Assembly: GCA_016215705.1 (NCBI GenBank)
Contig: JACRIR010000135.1
Span: forward strand, 3,733-67,732
DNA length: 64,000 nucleotides
Source: Candidatus Poribacteria bacterium
GTDB lineage: Bacteria > Abyssobacteria > SURF-5
Direction: 5' to 3'
A program made the translations under genes and the position numbers. Position 1 is the first letter of the stretch. Every line of letters starts with the position of its first letter. This document shows, in pieces, positions 26,299-36,169 of this stretch. The notes beneath the pieces are model-generated. The model was not told the DNA's origin. It ran no database searches and saw only the letters and a program-made list of their open reading frames with translations.

Positions 26299-26367
26299 GG
26301 GCGCGATGAATCGCGCCCCTACAGAATCTCTTGATTTATGTTTGTAGGGGCGCAATTCATTGCGCCC
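26299..26367. repeat. family-3 GTAG-type REP doublet (REPIN-like)
   Basis: GGGCGCGATGAATCGCGCCCCTAC, a 21-nt spacer, then GTAGGGGCGCAATTCATTGCGCCC. These are two hairpin units in inverted orientation. Confidence 0.85.
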
Positions 26368-26432
26368 TCGTGATTTCCATGTAGGGTGTCGTGCGAAATC
26401 ACGACAAGAATTCACGATTTCAAACGTGAGTA

Positions 26433-27281
26433 CTACAGGTTCAAAACCTCATGTGCGGTTTTCCAGAGAATTCTTTCCTTATCCTCGTCGCTCAAGTTTG
26501 TGCATAGGAGCGTTTCAATGGCGCTTCTGGGTTTGATGAATGGAAAATCACTGCCAAACATCAGTTTCTCCGCGCCGATCTTCCTTATTATACACGAAGC
26601 GCTGTCTGATCCTTCAATTTCGATGAAAAAAGAAATGTCCGCAAACACGTTTTGGCGCCTTTTCATGACATCTTGAGCCTCGTCAATGAAAGGAGTTCCG
26701 AGGTGGGCCATTATGATTTTCAGGCCCGCGAACTCGCGCGCCACGTCATCGACGTCTTTCGGATGTCCATAGATGTCCATTCCCGGAATAGGGTCGAGGC
26801 CCGTGTGGAAAAGCACAGGGATGTTGCATGCCTGCGCTCTTTCATAGACCGGGAACATTCGCTTGTCGTTGACGTGGAACTGCTGCATACACTGGGGGAG
26901 TTTCAAGCCGGATAGTTCGTACACGCCGGCCATTCTCTCGAACTCTTCGAGTCGATCATCTTCCTCGGGGTGTACTCCTCCGAAACAGACAACGTTCTTG
27001 TGCTTGCGTTGAAGCTCCGCGAGCCATGCGTTGTATGAATAGAAATAGTAGTCGTCAGGTTTGGCCATCAGCTTGAGATTCCTGGATTTGAACGGTATGG
27101 TGCTTTGCCATTCTTGAAGGATGACAAACTTGAGAACGTCGATATTGCGATACTCTTCAAACACGCTGTCGAGCGTCGGTCTGCAAACGGCCTTGAGGTT
27201 GCTGTGCGAACCGTAGTTCTCGATATATGCGTCAGCGACGTCATCCGGAAAGACATGAATGTGGACGTCTATCAGTTTCAT
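26433..27281 (-). CDS. amidohydrolase-2 family metal-dependent hydrolase/decarboxylase
   Basis: Start at MKLIDVHIHVFPDD (HxH metal motif), preceded by GGGAGGA. The rest is TIM-barrel-like (LFHTG, IIMAHLG, MFGSDFPF). Confidence 0.85.
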   Translation of the reverse strand: MKLIDVHIHVFPDDVADAYIENYGSHSNLKAVCRPTLDSVFEEYRNIDVLKFVILQEWQSTIPFKSRNLKLMAKPDDYYFYSYNAWLAELQRKHKNVVCFGGVHPEEDDRLEEFERMAGVYELSGLKLPQCMQQFHVNDKRMFPVYERAQACNIPVLFHTGLDPIPGMDIYGHPKDVDDVAREFAGLKIIMAHLGTPFIDEAQDVMKRRQNVFADISFFIEIEGSDSASCIIRKIGAEKLMFGSDFPFIKPRSAIETLLCTNLSDEDKERILWKTAHEVLNL

Positions 27282-27310
27282 AGGTGCTTCCTCCCGCAAG
27301 TCAGATAGCG

Positions 27311-28681
27311 CTAGACCAATCCCCATTTTTTCATTTGTCTGATGAATAAAAGGGCGTCAATCCGTCCTATCTTCTTCTTGTTCATAAACCCTTTAAGTGC
27401 GCTTGCCTTTTCTGAATGTTTGTACTTGTCCATCAGCTTCTCCAATTCAACGATGTTATCCAAACTGATGGCTTTAACGGGACACTTCAATACGCATAGG
27501 TTGCACGCCCTGCATTTTGCCTTTTCAATTACGGCCTTCTTATCTTTGACGGTTATGGCGTTTTCCGTGCATACCCTCGCACACGTTTCACAACCTGTGC
27601 AGAGGCCGGCATCAACCGCTGCGCACAAAACGCCGTAAAGGGTGTCTCGCGCGAGCATGAATTCGCCCAGAACGGAGGCGGGTATGCAATCCTTGCTTCC
27701 AATGCCAACTATTTGATCGAGGCGGGATAGCCCTCGGGCATCAAGATAGCTGTTTAGGTCCTTGAGAATCTTTGAGATGACAGCGGGACCCTTGTCAAGA
27801 ATCGCCGTCTGGAATTGGACGGTTGTCGCCCCGAGCGCCATGGCCTGCACGACGCCTTGATAGTCCCTGATCCCGCCGGAGGCCGAAAGCGCCGGATTCG
27901 TAGTGCCCAATGCGCTGCTGAAAACGGCCAATGCGGAATACGTCAACCTGTGGAGTTCGCCTTCCCATCCGAATGAGGGTATGTGCGGGATCAACGGTTT
28001 GAGGGTTTCGAGGTCCACACCGGGGTTTTGATCGAGCTGACCTACGACGGTCAGGAAGTCGGGCAATCTGTTTGCGAGCTTCGAGCGGATCAAGCCGTTC
28101 AGTATCCGGGGCGAAACGTAGAGAGACACGGTTGACTTGACGCCCACCGGAATCGAGACAGCCTTCTTAGCGCACTTTATTATTTGCGCGTACACCTTCG
28201 GATCCAAGCTCGCGTTTTGGCCCGCGTATCTGTACAAGGTCGTGAATTCGGGCAGCGGGCAACAGAGGTCGAGTTCGATTGCGTCTGCGCCGGCGTCTTC
28301 AACGATCCTGGCGCTTTCCCGATAGCCGGCAAGGGACAGTCCCATGATACTCGCGATTATCGGGATATTGAGATCCCTTTTCATTCTTTCGATCCGCTTT
28401 GCGGTCTCTGAGACGGGGACGTCCGAGAGAGTGGGCAGGCAAAGGAGAGTCCCATCCTTCAAGCTCATGTATTTGTACGCGGGCTTGTAGGGGAATATGT
28501 CACTTCTGCCAACCCATCTCTCGTATTCCTTTTTCGTGAAGCCGGTTTTGGTGACAATGGCTCCTATCCCTGCCTCTTCAAGCTTCTTGATGTGCTCTGC
28601 GTTGGCGGTGATGGGTCCCGCCGATGCTATGAGCGGATTCGCCAGTTGCAGTCCCGCAAAATTCACGCTTAGGTTAGCCAT
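27311..28681 (-). CDS. dihydroorotate/dihydropyrimidine dehydrogenase-like flavoprotein (PreA-like) with C-terminal 2x[4Fe-4S] ferredoxin domain
   Basis: Start at MANLSVNFAGLQLANPLIASAGP, preceded by GAAGGAGGA. DHOD-family motifs are GAIVTKT, IELDLCCP and SASGGI. The C-terminus has CTGCETCARVC and CRACNLCVLKCP. Confidence 0.85.
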   Translation of the reverse strand: MANLSVNFAGLQLANPLIASAGPITANAEHIKKLEEAGIGAIVTKTGFTKKEYERWVGRSDIFPYKPAYKYMSLKDGTLLCLPTLSDVPVSETAKRIERMKRDLNIPIIASIMGLSLAGYRESARIVEDAGADAIELDLCCPLPEFTTLYRYAGQNASLDPKVYAQIIKCAKKAVSIPVGVKSTVSLYVSPRILNGLIRSKLANRLPDFLTVVGQLDQNPGVDLETLKPLIPHIPSFGWEGELHRLTYSALAVFSSALGTTNPALSASGGIRDYQGVVQAMALGATTVQFQTAILDKGPAVISKILKDLNSYLDARGLSRLDQIVGIGSKDCIPASVLGEFMLARDTLYGVLCAAVDAGLCTGCETCARVCTENAITVKDKKAVIEKAKCRACNLCVLKCPVKAISLDNIVELEKLMDKYKHSEKASALKGFMNKKKIGRIDALLFIRQMKKWGLV

Positions 28682-28947
28682 TTGTATTCCTCCTTCTGTT
28701 GTCCAAAACAGCTTTTTTTCACCGCAGAGGGTGCGGAGGAGCGCAGAGAAAAACGGCAAAAAGCCAATGTGTTCAGTGCGCCCTGCGCACTCTGCGGTTA
28801 ATGATTTGTGCAAGTTGTTTCGCCTTTGCAGTTCACGACAAAGAGGTTTCCTGGTTTGCATATGTCAGTGTTTCTCGATTCTGTTCGCTTTTTTTTAATA
28901 TAGAGACTCTAATATATAGACACTCTATGTATATGGCCAAAAAAAAG

Positions 28948-29391
28948 TTATTTCTGAAGCGCGACGGCGGCGATCTTTTCCATTATATCCAGCAAGAACT
29001 TCTGTTCTTGTTCGTTCAGGACGTGGAGCCAGTTTTTGGTTACTTCCCGATGCACGTTTTCGTGTTCCCTGTATGCGAGTTTGCCTTTGTCTGTAAGCTT
29101 TGTGCTCACTACTCTTCTGTCCGATTTGCTTCGCGTCCTTTTGACTATGCCCTTCTTGACCAGCTTATCTATCATGGTTGACATTGTGCTTTGCGCGACC
29201 TTTGCCTGTTCCGCGATTTGGCTGACCGTGCCTTCTTCCATGTTCCCGATGATTTCAATCGTGTGTATTTCATGGAAGGTGAGGTCCTTCATGCTCCCGT
29301 TCTTTATCCCGTCGATCTCGCGAAGCATCAGATTCGAGTACACCACGGCGAGCAGCGCGTTGTATTTATCTATTTTGTCGATGGGAATCAT
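28948..29391 (-). CDS. MarR-family transcriptional regulator
   Basis: 147 aa with a winged HTH (VSQIAEQAKVAQSTMSTMIDKLVKKGIVKRTRSKSDRRVVSTKLTDKG). Confidence 0.9.
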   Translation of the reverse strand: MIPIDKIDKYNALLAVVYSNLMLREIDGIKNGSMKDLTFHEIHTIEIIGNMEEGTVSQIAEQAKVAQSTMSTMIDKLVKKGIVKRTRSKSDRRVVSTKLTDKGKLAYREHENVHREVTKNWLHVLNEQEQKFLLDIMEKIAAVALQK

Positions 29392-29424
29392 GAACCTTCT
29401 ATCCTCAATTGTTTCGATGGTCTA

Positions 29425-29453
29425 ATTATATCATCCCATTGAATGGCTGTCAA
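29425..29453 (-). promoter_or_regulatory. perfect consensus sigma70 promoter for marR (TTGACA-N17-TATAAT)
   Basis: The minus strand reads cTTGACAgccattcaatgggatgaTATAATtag, with -35 at 29453-29448 and -10 at 29430-29425. The spacer contains the palindrome CCATT-N-AATGG, a plausible operator. Confidence 0.65.
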
Positions 29454-29650
29454 GGCCAGGCATTGATGAGTGATGACGAAAGAAGAGTCACGAGTCGTGG
29501 GTCGCGGGTCAAAGCAGAAGGGAAGCCAGTGACTGTTCTTAGATTGTCCGAAGCTTTGGCGAAGAATACTTGGATTCGTCAGATTCGTGTTCCCACGCTT
29601 CTTAACTTTCGCCTTGCTCCTCTTGCCTTTCTCCTCGCGGTCGCAGCGAC

Positions 29651-29881
29651 TCAGCCGATATCAGCGACCGAGACAACTTGTTTCTTGAATGGGCTCTTCT
29701 GCAAATCGTCGTAAAGCTTTCGGTCGGCGGTGACCATTTTGCCTTTTAGAAGGGCTGCTAATGCGACGTATAAGCAGTCGTAAATGCTCTGCCGCGTCCG
29801 GACGGCGATTGCGAAAGCGGAATCGAGGAACAATACGAACGAGTGGTCGTTCCTGTCGTTCCTTGCTCTTCCCGCCGGCAT
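29651..29881 (-). pseudogene. PIN-domain (VapC-like) toxin remnant, C-terminal half only
   Basis: ...SIYDCLYVALAALLKGKMVTADRKLYDDL... matches the C-terminal half of VapC/PIN toxins. The N-terminal acidic residues and an antitoxin gene are absent. Confidence 0.45.
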
Positions 29882-30021
29882 CTGTTATATTATTCGGCAT
29901 GGAATCTCTCTACCTTTTTGTGAAATTACGGGTGAATCGAGAGAGTTTGTTGAAAACCATGAAACAAACCAGTGGCTAACGGCAGAAGCGGAACAAGACA
30001 AGGTAAAGGGAGGTAGATAGC

Positions 30022-31236
30022 ATGTTGAAGAAGCTGGTGGCAGGTGTGGGGACAGTGTTTCTAGTTGCCCAATTCGGCTGCGCTTCAACGGGGTCGTGGC
30101 CAAAGGAGAATCCGTGGCCGTCGTATCCGCCACCGGGCGCATATCCGGGGGTGGGCAGGCACGCCAGCGGATACTGGTGGATGCCGTCGAAGATCGGCCC
30201 GGCCAAAGGAACCGTGATTGAGCAGGGGAACAGGGGCGTTATTTTCTATGTGGGAGAGGCCGCTCCGGCGCCTGTGGCGGAAAAACCGAAGCCGCCGGAG
30301 GCCAAAGTGGTCGAAAGGATAATCTACAAGCCCATCCCGGTGAAGAAGGAAATCCAGGCTGATCGCTATATTTTCCCCACGATAACCTTTGACGAAGGAA
30401 GCGCGGAACTGAAGGCGGAGCGCCTGAGGTTCGACGAGAAGAGAGGAAAATGGGGAGAGCTGCTTGCAAGCGGAACACAGATTGAGTATGCAGCCGAGCT
30501 TATAAAGAAGACCGGGTGTGAGATGATTTGGGTGGAGGGCAATATCGACTCCGCCGAGTCGGCGCAGAACGCGAGCTTGGGCCAGGCGCGGGCCGAAAAT
30601 GTGAAGAAGGCCATCGTGGAATTGGGAGTGAAGCCGGAAGTTCTGATTGTGAAGGACTACGGCCCCACAAAGCCGATGGCAACCTCCGACACAGAGATTG
30701 GCCGAAAACTCAACCGCAGAGTGACCTTCACAATCATTCCACGGGGCGAGAGTCTCGAGCCTGAGACTTTGGTTCAGCCGCCCGCTCCGGAAGTCGGTCC
30801 GGGCGTCAAGGTCGTTGACAAGATAGTGGAGAAGGAAGTGGCAGTGCCTGAGTTGGTCATCACTGACCACATCATTTTCTCCAACATCCATTTCGAGTTT
30901 GACAGGGCCAGGCTGACTCCTGAAGGGCTCGATAGCACCAGGAAAGCCGCCAAGCTGCTGAAAGTGGTCGAGGACGTAAACAAAGTGACTGTCGAAGGCC
31001 ATTGCGACTTCAAGGGTACGGATGAATACAACGACAAGCTCTCGATGCGGCGCGCAAATACCGTCAAGAATGAGCTGGTAAAAGAGGGCGTGGCCGCTGA
31101 GAAGCTGGAAGCGATAGGATATGGCGAGAGCCGGCCAATCGCGGACAACGGCACAACGTTGGGTATGGCCCTCAACCGGCGGGTTGAATTCAAGCTGGGA
31201 TACACAAAGCCGGAAAGCGAGAGAACCTGTAAATAA
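30022..31236 (+). CDS. OmpA-family protein with two OmpA-like peptidoglycan-binding domains
   Basis: AGGGAGG RBS. The signal peptide ends in ...VAQFGC (possible lipoprotein). Two OmpA_C-like units end in NRRVTFTIIP and NRRVEFKLGY. Confidence 0.85.
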   Translation: MLKKLVAGVGTVFLVAQFGCASTGSWPKENPWPSYPPPGAYPGVGRHASGYWWMPSKIGPAKGTVIEQGNRGVIFYVGEAAPAPVAEKPKPPEAKVVERIIYKPIPVKKEIQADRYIFPTITFDEGSAELKAERLRFDEKRGKWGELLASGTQIEYAAELIKKTGCEMIWVEGNIDSAESAQNASLGQARAENVKKAIVELGVKPEVLIVKDYGPTKPMATSDTEIGRKLNRRVTFTIIPRGESLEPETLVQPPAPEVGPGVKVVDKIVEKEVAVPELVITDHIIFSNIHFEFDRARLTPEGLDSTRKAAKLLKVVEDVNKVTVEGHCDFKGTDEYNDKLSMRRANTVKNELVKEGVAAEKLEAIGYGESRPIADNGTTLGMALNRRVEFKLGYTKPESERTCK

Positions 31237-31261
31237 GAAAAGGCAATTGTTGGATGAACCT

Positions 31262-31288
31262 AAAGGCCCCCTGATGAAGGGGGCCTTT
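31262..31288. terminator. bidirectional intrinsic terminator between convergent ompA-like and rel genes
   Basis: Perfect 10-bp stem AAAGGCCCCC/GGGGGCCTTT with a 7-nt loop. It is flanked by A/T runs on both strands. Confidence 0.7.
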
Positions 31289-31352
31289 CTTGTATCCGAG
31301 GAAAGGGCTCTTTGCCCTTTCGCGTTGCTCCTTTCGTCGCCTGCCTATTTTC

Positions 31353-33344
31353 CTATGGTGTTTCCTTGAGCGAACTGCGTTTCACGCTATAGACCCCGTC
31401 AACTTTCCGGATGGCAATGATGATGTTGTTGAGTTCGCTTTGGCCGGTCACATCAATCGTGAAATCGCAGATGCCCGTACCGTCCTTGCGCCCATAAGCA
31501 TTGGCCGTTTGGAGATTCACATTGAGCTCACGTATCGAGGCAAGTATATCGGCGAGAAGGTTGGGCCTATCCGTGGCCTTGACCCGGATGCCGGCCGGAT
31601 ATGTCGCATGCGTCTTGTCGTCCCAGTTCACGTTCAGCATACGCGCCGGGTCGTCATTCGGCACGTTCGGACAGGCTTCACGATGGATCGACAGTCCGCG
31701 CGAACGCGTGATATATCCCCTAATCTTGTCGCCGGGCAAGGGATTACAGCATTTCGCATATCGCACCATCATGTTGCTTATGCCGGCAACGCCTACACCG
31801 GGAGCCTCCTTCGCCGGCGCCTGCCGCGGCAATTCCGTCGGCGGCTGCGGCTCAGGCTGTTTCTGAACGCGAGGTTTCTCTTCCTTCTCGGCTGCGTGCC
31901 TAAGCTCGTCCTCCTGCACCTTCAGCCAGTGGCGTATCTTGCTGCGCGCGCGAGAGGTTTGCACGAAGTCGAGCCAGTCGCGTCTGGGAGTCTGCTTCTT
32001 CGATGTTACTATCTCGACAACGTCGCCCTGTTTCAGGCGGTATCTCAAGGGGACCATTCGTCCGTTCACCTTGGCGCCCCGGCACTGGTTTCCGATGTCG
32101 CTGTGGATGGCGTATGCAAAATCGACTGCGGTCGAGCCTGCCGGAAGCTCGATTACCCTTCCCTTGGGCGTGAATGCATAAACCTCTCCCGAAAAAAGGT
32201 CCAATCTCAGGCTCTGCATGAATTCCTTCGGGTCCTTGAGGTCTTGCAGCCACTCGAGTAACTGCCGCAGCCAGACAAGCTTCTCATCGAATCGCTCCTT
32301 GGGTTCATCGCCTGTCTCTTTGTAAATCCAGTGAGCGGCAATCCCGTTCTCGGCGGTCCGATGCATTTCGCCCGTCCGTATCTGAACCTCGATGCGCTCG
32401 CCGAGCTTGCCGAGAACCGTTGTATGGAGCGATTGATACATGTTCATCTTGGGCATTGCGATATAGTCTTTGAATCTCCCCGGGACCGGCGTCCACAATG
32501 TATGCACGATTCCGAGAGCAGCATAGCAGTCGCGCAGACTGTCTGTGATTACCCGGAGCGCCCTCAAGTCGAACAACTCGTCGAAACTTTTGCGCTGATC
32601 CGCCATCTTGCGATAAATGCTGTAGAAATGTTTGGGCCTGCCCGTAACCTCGGCCTTTATGCCGGCCTTCTTGAGCTCGGTTTGGAGCAGAGCGCAAAAA
32701 GTCTGAATCTCCTTCTCGCGCTGCGCCTTCTTCTCTGCAACCCGCTCCACAAGATCGTAATATACCTTCGAGTTGAGAAAATGAAGAGAAAGGTCTTCGA
32801 GCTCCGACCGGATTTTCGCGATTCCCAGCCTGTGGGCGAGGGGAGCGTATATTTGGAGAGTCTCAGTGGAGATCGATTGAATCTTCTCGGGAGGCAGGTA
32901 CTTCAAGGTCTGCATGTTGTGAAGTCTGTCGGCCAATTTGATCAGAATCACGCGGATATCCTTGGCCATCGCGATGAGCATCTTCCGGATATTCTCCGCT
33001 TGATGTTCTTCGCTACTATGGTATTTGACGCGGCCTATCTGGGTGACGCCTTCAACAAGGGTAGCGACTTCTTCGCCAAATCGCTCCGCCAGTTCCGCTT
33101 TCGTATGATGGGTGTCTTCGATAACGTCGTGGAGCAGACCTGCCGCAATGGTGGTCGTATCGAGATGGAGTTCCGCAAGTAATTGGGCTACTTTTATGCA
33201 GTGCGTCAGGAATGGATCGCCCGAAAGGCGCATCTGGCCCGAGTGAGCCTGTTCAGCGTACGCAAATGCCTGCTCGACGAGCTTCAGGTCACCCTTCCGG
33301 TTGTAGCTTCTTATCTCTTTCAGAAGAGCCGCAAGTTCATTCAT
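31353..33344 (-). CDS. rel: bifunctional (p)ppGpp synthetase/hydrolase (RelA/SpoT homologue)
   Basis: 663 aa with an HD hydrolase domain (LLHDVIEDT), a synthetase domain (YQSLHTTV), a TGS domain (VYAFTPKGRVIELPAGSTAVDFAY) and a C-terminal ACT-like domain. Confidence 0.95.
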   Translation of the reverse strand: MNELAALLKEIRSYNRKGDLKLVEQAFAYAEQAHSGQMRLSGDPFLTHCIKVAQLLAELHLDTTTIAAGLLHDVIEDTHHTKAELAERFGEEVATLVEGVTQIGRVKYHSSEEHQAENIRKMLIAMAKDIRVILIKLADRLHNMQTLKYLPPEKIQSISTETLQIYAPLAHRLGIAKIRSELEDLSLHFLNSKVYYDLVERVAEKKAQREKEIQTFCALLQTELKKAGIKAEVTGRPKHFYSIYRKMADQRKSFDELFDLRALRVITDSLRDCYAALGIVHTLWTPVPGRFKDYIAMPKMNMYQSLHTTVLGKLGERIEVQIRTGEMHRTAENGIAAHWIYKETGDEPKERFDEKLVWLRQLLEWLQDLKDPKEFMQSLRLDLFSGEVYAFTPKGRVIELPAGSTAVDFAYAIHSDIGNQCRGAKVNGRMVPLRYRLKQGDVVEIVTSKKQTPRRDWLDFVQTSRARSKIRHWLKVQEDELRHAAEKEEKPRVQKQPEPQPPTELPRQAPAKEAPGVGVAGISNMMVRYAKCCNPLPGDKIRGYITRSRGLSIHREACPNVPNDDPARMLNVNWDDKTHATYPAGIRVKATDRPNLLADILASIRELNVNLQTANAYGRKDGTGICDFTIDVTGQSELNNIIIAIRKVDGVYSVKRSSLKETP

Positions 33345-33615
33345 AGCAAGGCGTTATATGTGTCCTATATTATAAGATTTACAGCCTTTTGGGCAGTCGA
33401 TGGTTCCTCAGAGTAAGGGCGATTCGCGAACCGCCCAAGACTCCATGAAACCCAAAATTATCATACACCTTTGGGTGAGGAGTGTCAAAAAGAAGGCGAA
33501 AGGCGATAGTCGGCTTACTGCATACAGTTCGTGGTTTACAGTTGCCGATTAGTCAGTCTTGAAGATTGTGAGAGGTTAGTAAGACAACCCGGACTGCGGG
33601 CCTTGAAACCGTCGA

Positions 33616-35334
33616 CTAACCATTCTGTCGTATGTCGCGCAAGGACAGTTGAATGGATGTTGTTCCTTTATACGTGTTGAGTTGGGGAGTGTACGTGATA
33701 TCCAGCGAAGCGCAGTTGGATACCATGTCCGCATATTGCCCCATCTTGAATCCTATGACCGGAAGCATTTTGTCCGCTTGCCGGACGGCGAATTTCAGGT
33801 GGTCGCCCCGGAGGACGCGAACCGTTCCGACCGGTTTGACGCCGAGCGAAGCAAATATGGGAGTCGGGTTGGCATTCCCGTGCGGGGCGAGCATCTCGAG
33901 CTGCTCAAGGAATTCGCCGGTGATCTGAGAGAGGGCCATATCCGCATCGATCCTTACCACAGGCCGCAGATCATCCTGAATTAGTTGCTCTCTGCATATC
34001 TGCTCGAATGCAGCCCGGCACGCATCCACCTTCGAGCATTCAATTGTGAGGCCGGCGGCGTATTTGTGACCGCCAAAACTCACCAGATGCTCCTGGCATC
34101 TCCTCAGCGCCTCATATATGTGAAACTTATGGATGCTTCTGGCGGAGCCCTTGCCGGTCTGTTCGCCCATTGCCACAAGTATTGCGGGTCTATGGTATAT
34201 CTCTACAAGCTTTGAGGCGACAATCCCGATGACGCCCGGATGCCACCGGCAGTCGTGCAGCATAATAGAGAAATCGCGTTCCGGGTCGAACTCGCTCTCT
34301 ATTTTGGAGAGCGCCTGGTTCAGTATCTCGTCTTCGATTGTCTGGCGGTTCCGGTTCTCTTCGTCCAGCTTTCTCGCGATTCTTTGAGCGAGCGCCTGTG
34401 AAGTCGTCAGCAGGAGTTGCACGCCCAGTTGGCCGCATCCCAGTCGGCCCGCCGCGTTCAGTCTCGGCGCAAGCTGAAACGCAACATTTCCTGAATTCAC
34501 CTGGCGGCCTTCGAGGCCGGAAACCTTACAAAGCTCAGGGAGACCGGGCAAGGGGTTCTGGTTTTCGTTTACCATTTTCAGGCCGGCCCTCGCCAGGATT
34601 CGGTTCTCATCAACAAGGGGAACGATATCAGCTATTGTCCCCAGCGAGGCAAAATCGAGCCTGTCAGGCAGTCTCCCGAGCAATGCCGTCGCCAGTTTGA
34701 AGGCGACTCCCGCCCCCGAAAGGTCGCGAAACGGATATGTGGAATCGCTTCTTTTCGGATTCAGCACTGCGAGCGCAGCCGGCAACTGGCCTTCGGGCTC
34801 GTGGTGGTCGCACACGATCACGTCGATACCATGACTCGAGGCAAGCCTGATTTCTTCATGGCTCGATACGCCGTTATCGACCGTTATGATGAGAGTAACC
34901 TTTTCGTCGCGCGCTCTGCACACCCGTTCTTTGTTCAAGCCGTAGCCTTCGACGAGACGGTTCGGGATGTAGTAATAAGGCTGGCAACCCAAAGCATGAA
35001 GCTCATGCACAAGCAGCGCCGTGCCTGAAATGCCGTCCACGTCATAGTCTCCAAACACCAGTATTTTCTCGTGGTCATTGACGGCTTGCTTGAGCCTGTA
35101 TACGGCGGTGTCCATGTCCCTCAACAGAAAAGGATCGTGCAGCCTCTCGAGGACGGGGTTCCAGAAGGCGAGCGCTTGCTCGACGGTCTCTAGCCCGCGA
35201 TTCAACAGCAACTGCCCGATGACAGGTGAACAGCCGACCCCCTGCGAGATATGCGTGACAAGCTGGGGATCAGATTCACAGAATACCCACTTCTTCTCAT
35301 CTAAATCCACGTGTTGCTTCCTTCTAGGAACCAA
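33616..35334 (-). CDS. recJ: single-stranded-DNA-specific exonuclease RecJ
   Basis: DHH-family motifs are present (VFGDYDVDGISG, VCDHHEP) with a DHHA1 region. TTG start overlaps the ispH stop by 11 nt. Confidence 0.92.
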   Translation of the reverse strand: MVPRRKQHVDLDEKKWVFCESDPQLVTHISQGVGCSPVIGQLLLNRGLETVEQALAFWNPVLERLHDPFLLRDMDTAVYRLKQAVNDHEKILVFGDYDVDGISGTALLVHELHALGCQPYYYIPNRLVEGYGLNKERVCRARDEKVTLIITVDNGVSSHEEIRLASSHGIDVIVCDHHEPEGQLPAALAVLNPKRSDSTYPFRDLSGAGVAFKLATALLGRLPDRLDFASLGTIADIVPLVDENRILARAGLKMVNENQNPLPGLPELCKVSGLEGRQVNSGNVAFQLAPRLNAAGRLGCGQLGVQLLLTTSQALAQRIARKLDEENRNRQTIEDEILNQALSKIESEFDPERDFSIMLHDCRWHPGVIGIVASKLVEIYHRPAILVAMGEQTGKGSARSIHKFHIYEALRRCQEHLVSFGGHKYAAGLTIECSKVDACRAAFEQICREQLIQDDLRPVVRIDADMALSQITGEFLEQLEMLAPHGNANPTPIFASLGVKPVGTVRVLRGDHLKFAVRQADKMLPVIGFKMGQYADMVSNCASLDITYTPQLNTYKGTTSIQLSLRDIRQNG

Positions 35335-36169
35335 GCTGTTCCAAAGCGGCCCTCACTGCGTCAACATGAGACCGTGGCGTAGACGCGCCTGCCGTAATCC
35401 CGATCCGTTCCTTGCCGCGAACCATTTCCGGAACGATTTCGTCAGCCGATTCGATGTGGTACGTCGTTGCGCCGCTTGTGCGACAGAGCTCGGCGAGACG
35501 CGCCGTATTCGCGCTGTTCTTGCCGCCTACAACGAACATGACATCCACGGCGTTCGCCATCTCTACGGCGGCCGTCTGACGCGACTGGGTGGCCTTGCAG
35601 ATAGTGTTATATATGCGGCACTCATATGCCACGGTCAATAAGGCTTCAACGACCTTTGCGAAGTTTTCCTGAGCCTGCGTCGTTTGGGCAAGCACACCGA
35701 CCTTCGGACCAATCTCCTTGTTCTTCAACTGTTCCGCATTGCTCACGACAATCGGCTCTTTCATGCAATAGCCCACGATTCCCTTTACTTCCGGGTGCGC
35801 CTGCTCGCCGACTATTACCACCTGATACCCGTCTTCCGAAAGTTTTTGCGCCAGTCTCTGCGCGTTTCTCACAAAGGGACAGGTTGCGTCAACGATTTCA
35901 AGTCCTTTCCTGTGAATTTCATCGAGGAGCTTCTTCTCGACTCCGTGAGAGCGTATCACTACAACGCCTTCCTCCACGTCATCGAGTGTGTTGACGGTTG
36001 CCAGCCCTTTTTTGCGGAGTTCTTCCACTACCTCGGGGTTATGGATTATCGGGCCGAGCGAATAGACTTTTTTCGTCTTTTCCGACAGGTAGTCTTTTAC
36101 CATGTCGAGGGCGCGGCGAACGCCGAAGCAATAGCCGGCCTGGTCCGTCACCTGAATGGCCCTTTTCAT
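35324..36169 (-). CDS. ispH: 4-hydroxy-3-methylbut-2-enyl diphosphate reductase
   Basis: 281 aa of LytB family (GYCFGVRRAL, LGPIIHNPEVV, conserved Cys). ATGA overlap with the cmk stop. Confidence 0.92.
   Translation of the reverse strand: MKRAIQVTDQAGYCFGVRRALDMVKDYLSEKTKKVYSLGPIIHNPEVVEELRKKGLATVNTLDDVEEGVVVIRSHGVEKKLLDEIHRKGLEIVDATCPFVRNAQRLAQKLSEDGYQVVIVGEQAHPEVKGIVGYCMKEPIVVSNAEQLKNKEIGPKVGVLAQTTQAQENFAKVVEALLTVAYECRIYNTICKATQSRQTAAVEMANAVDVMFVVGGKNSANTARLAELCRTSGATTYHIESADEIVPEMVRGKERIGITAGASTPRSHVDAVRAALEQLGS

Noticed and set aside
31262-31288. CUGAUGA in the hairpin loop, reminiscent of a hammerhead ribozyme core
   Set aside because: No matching GAAA/stem II-III architecture is present. 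The perfect GC-rich stem with flanking T/A runs between convergent genes is fully explained as a bidirectional terminator.
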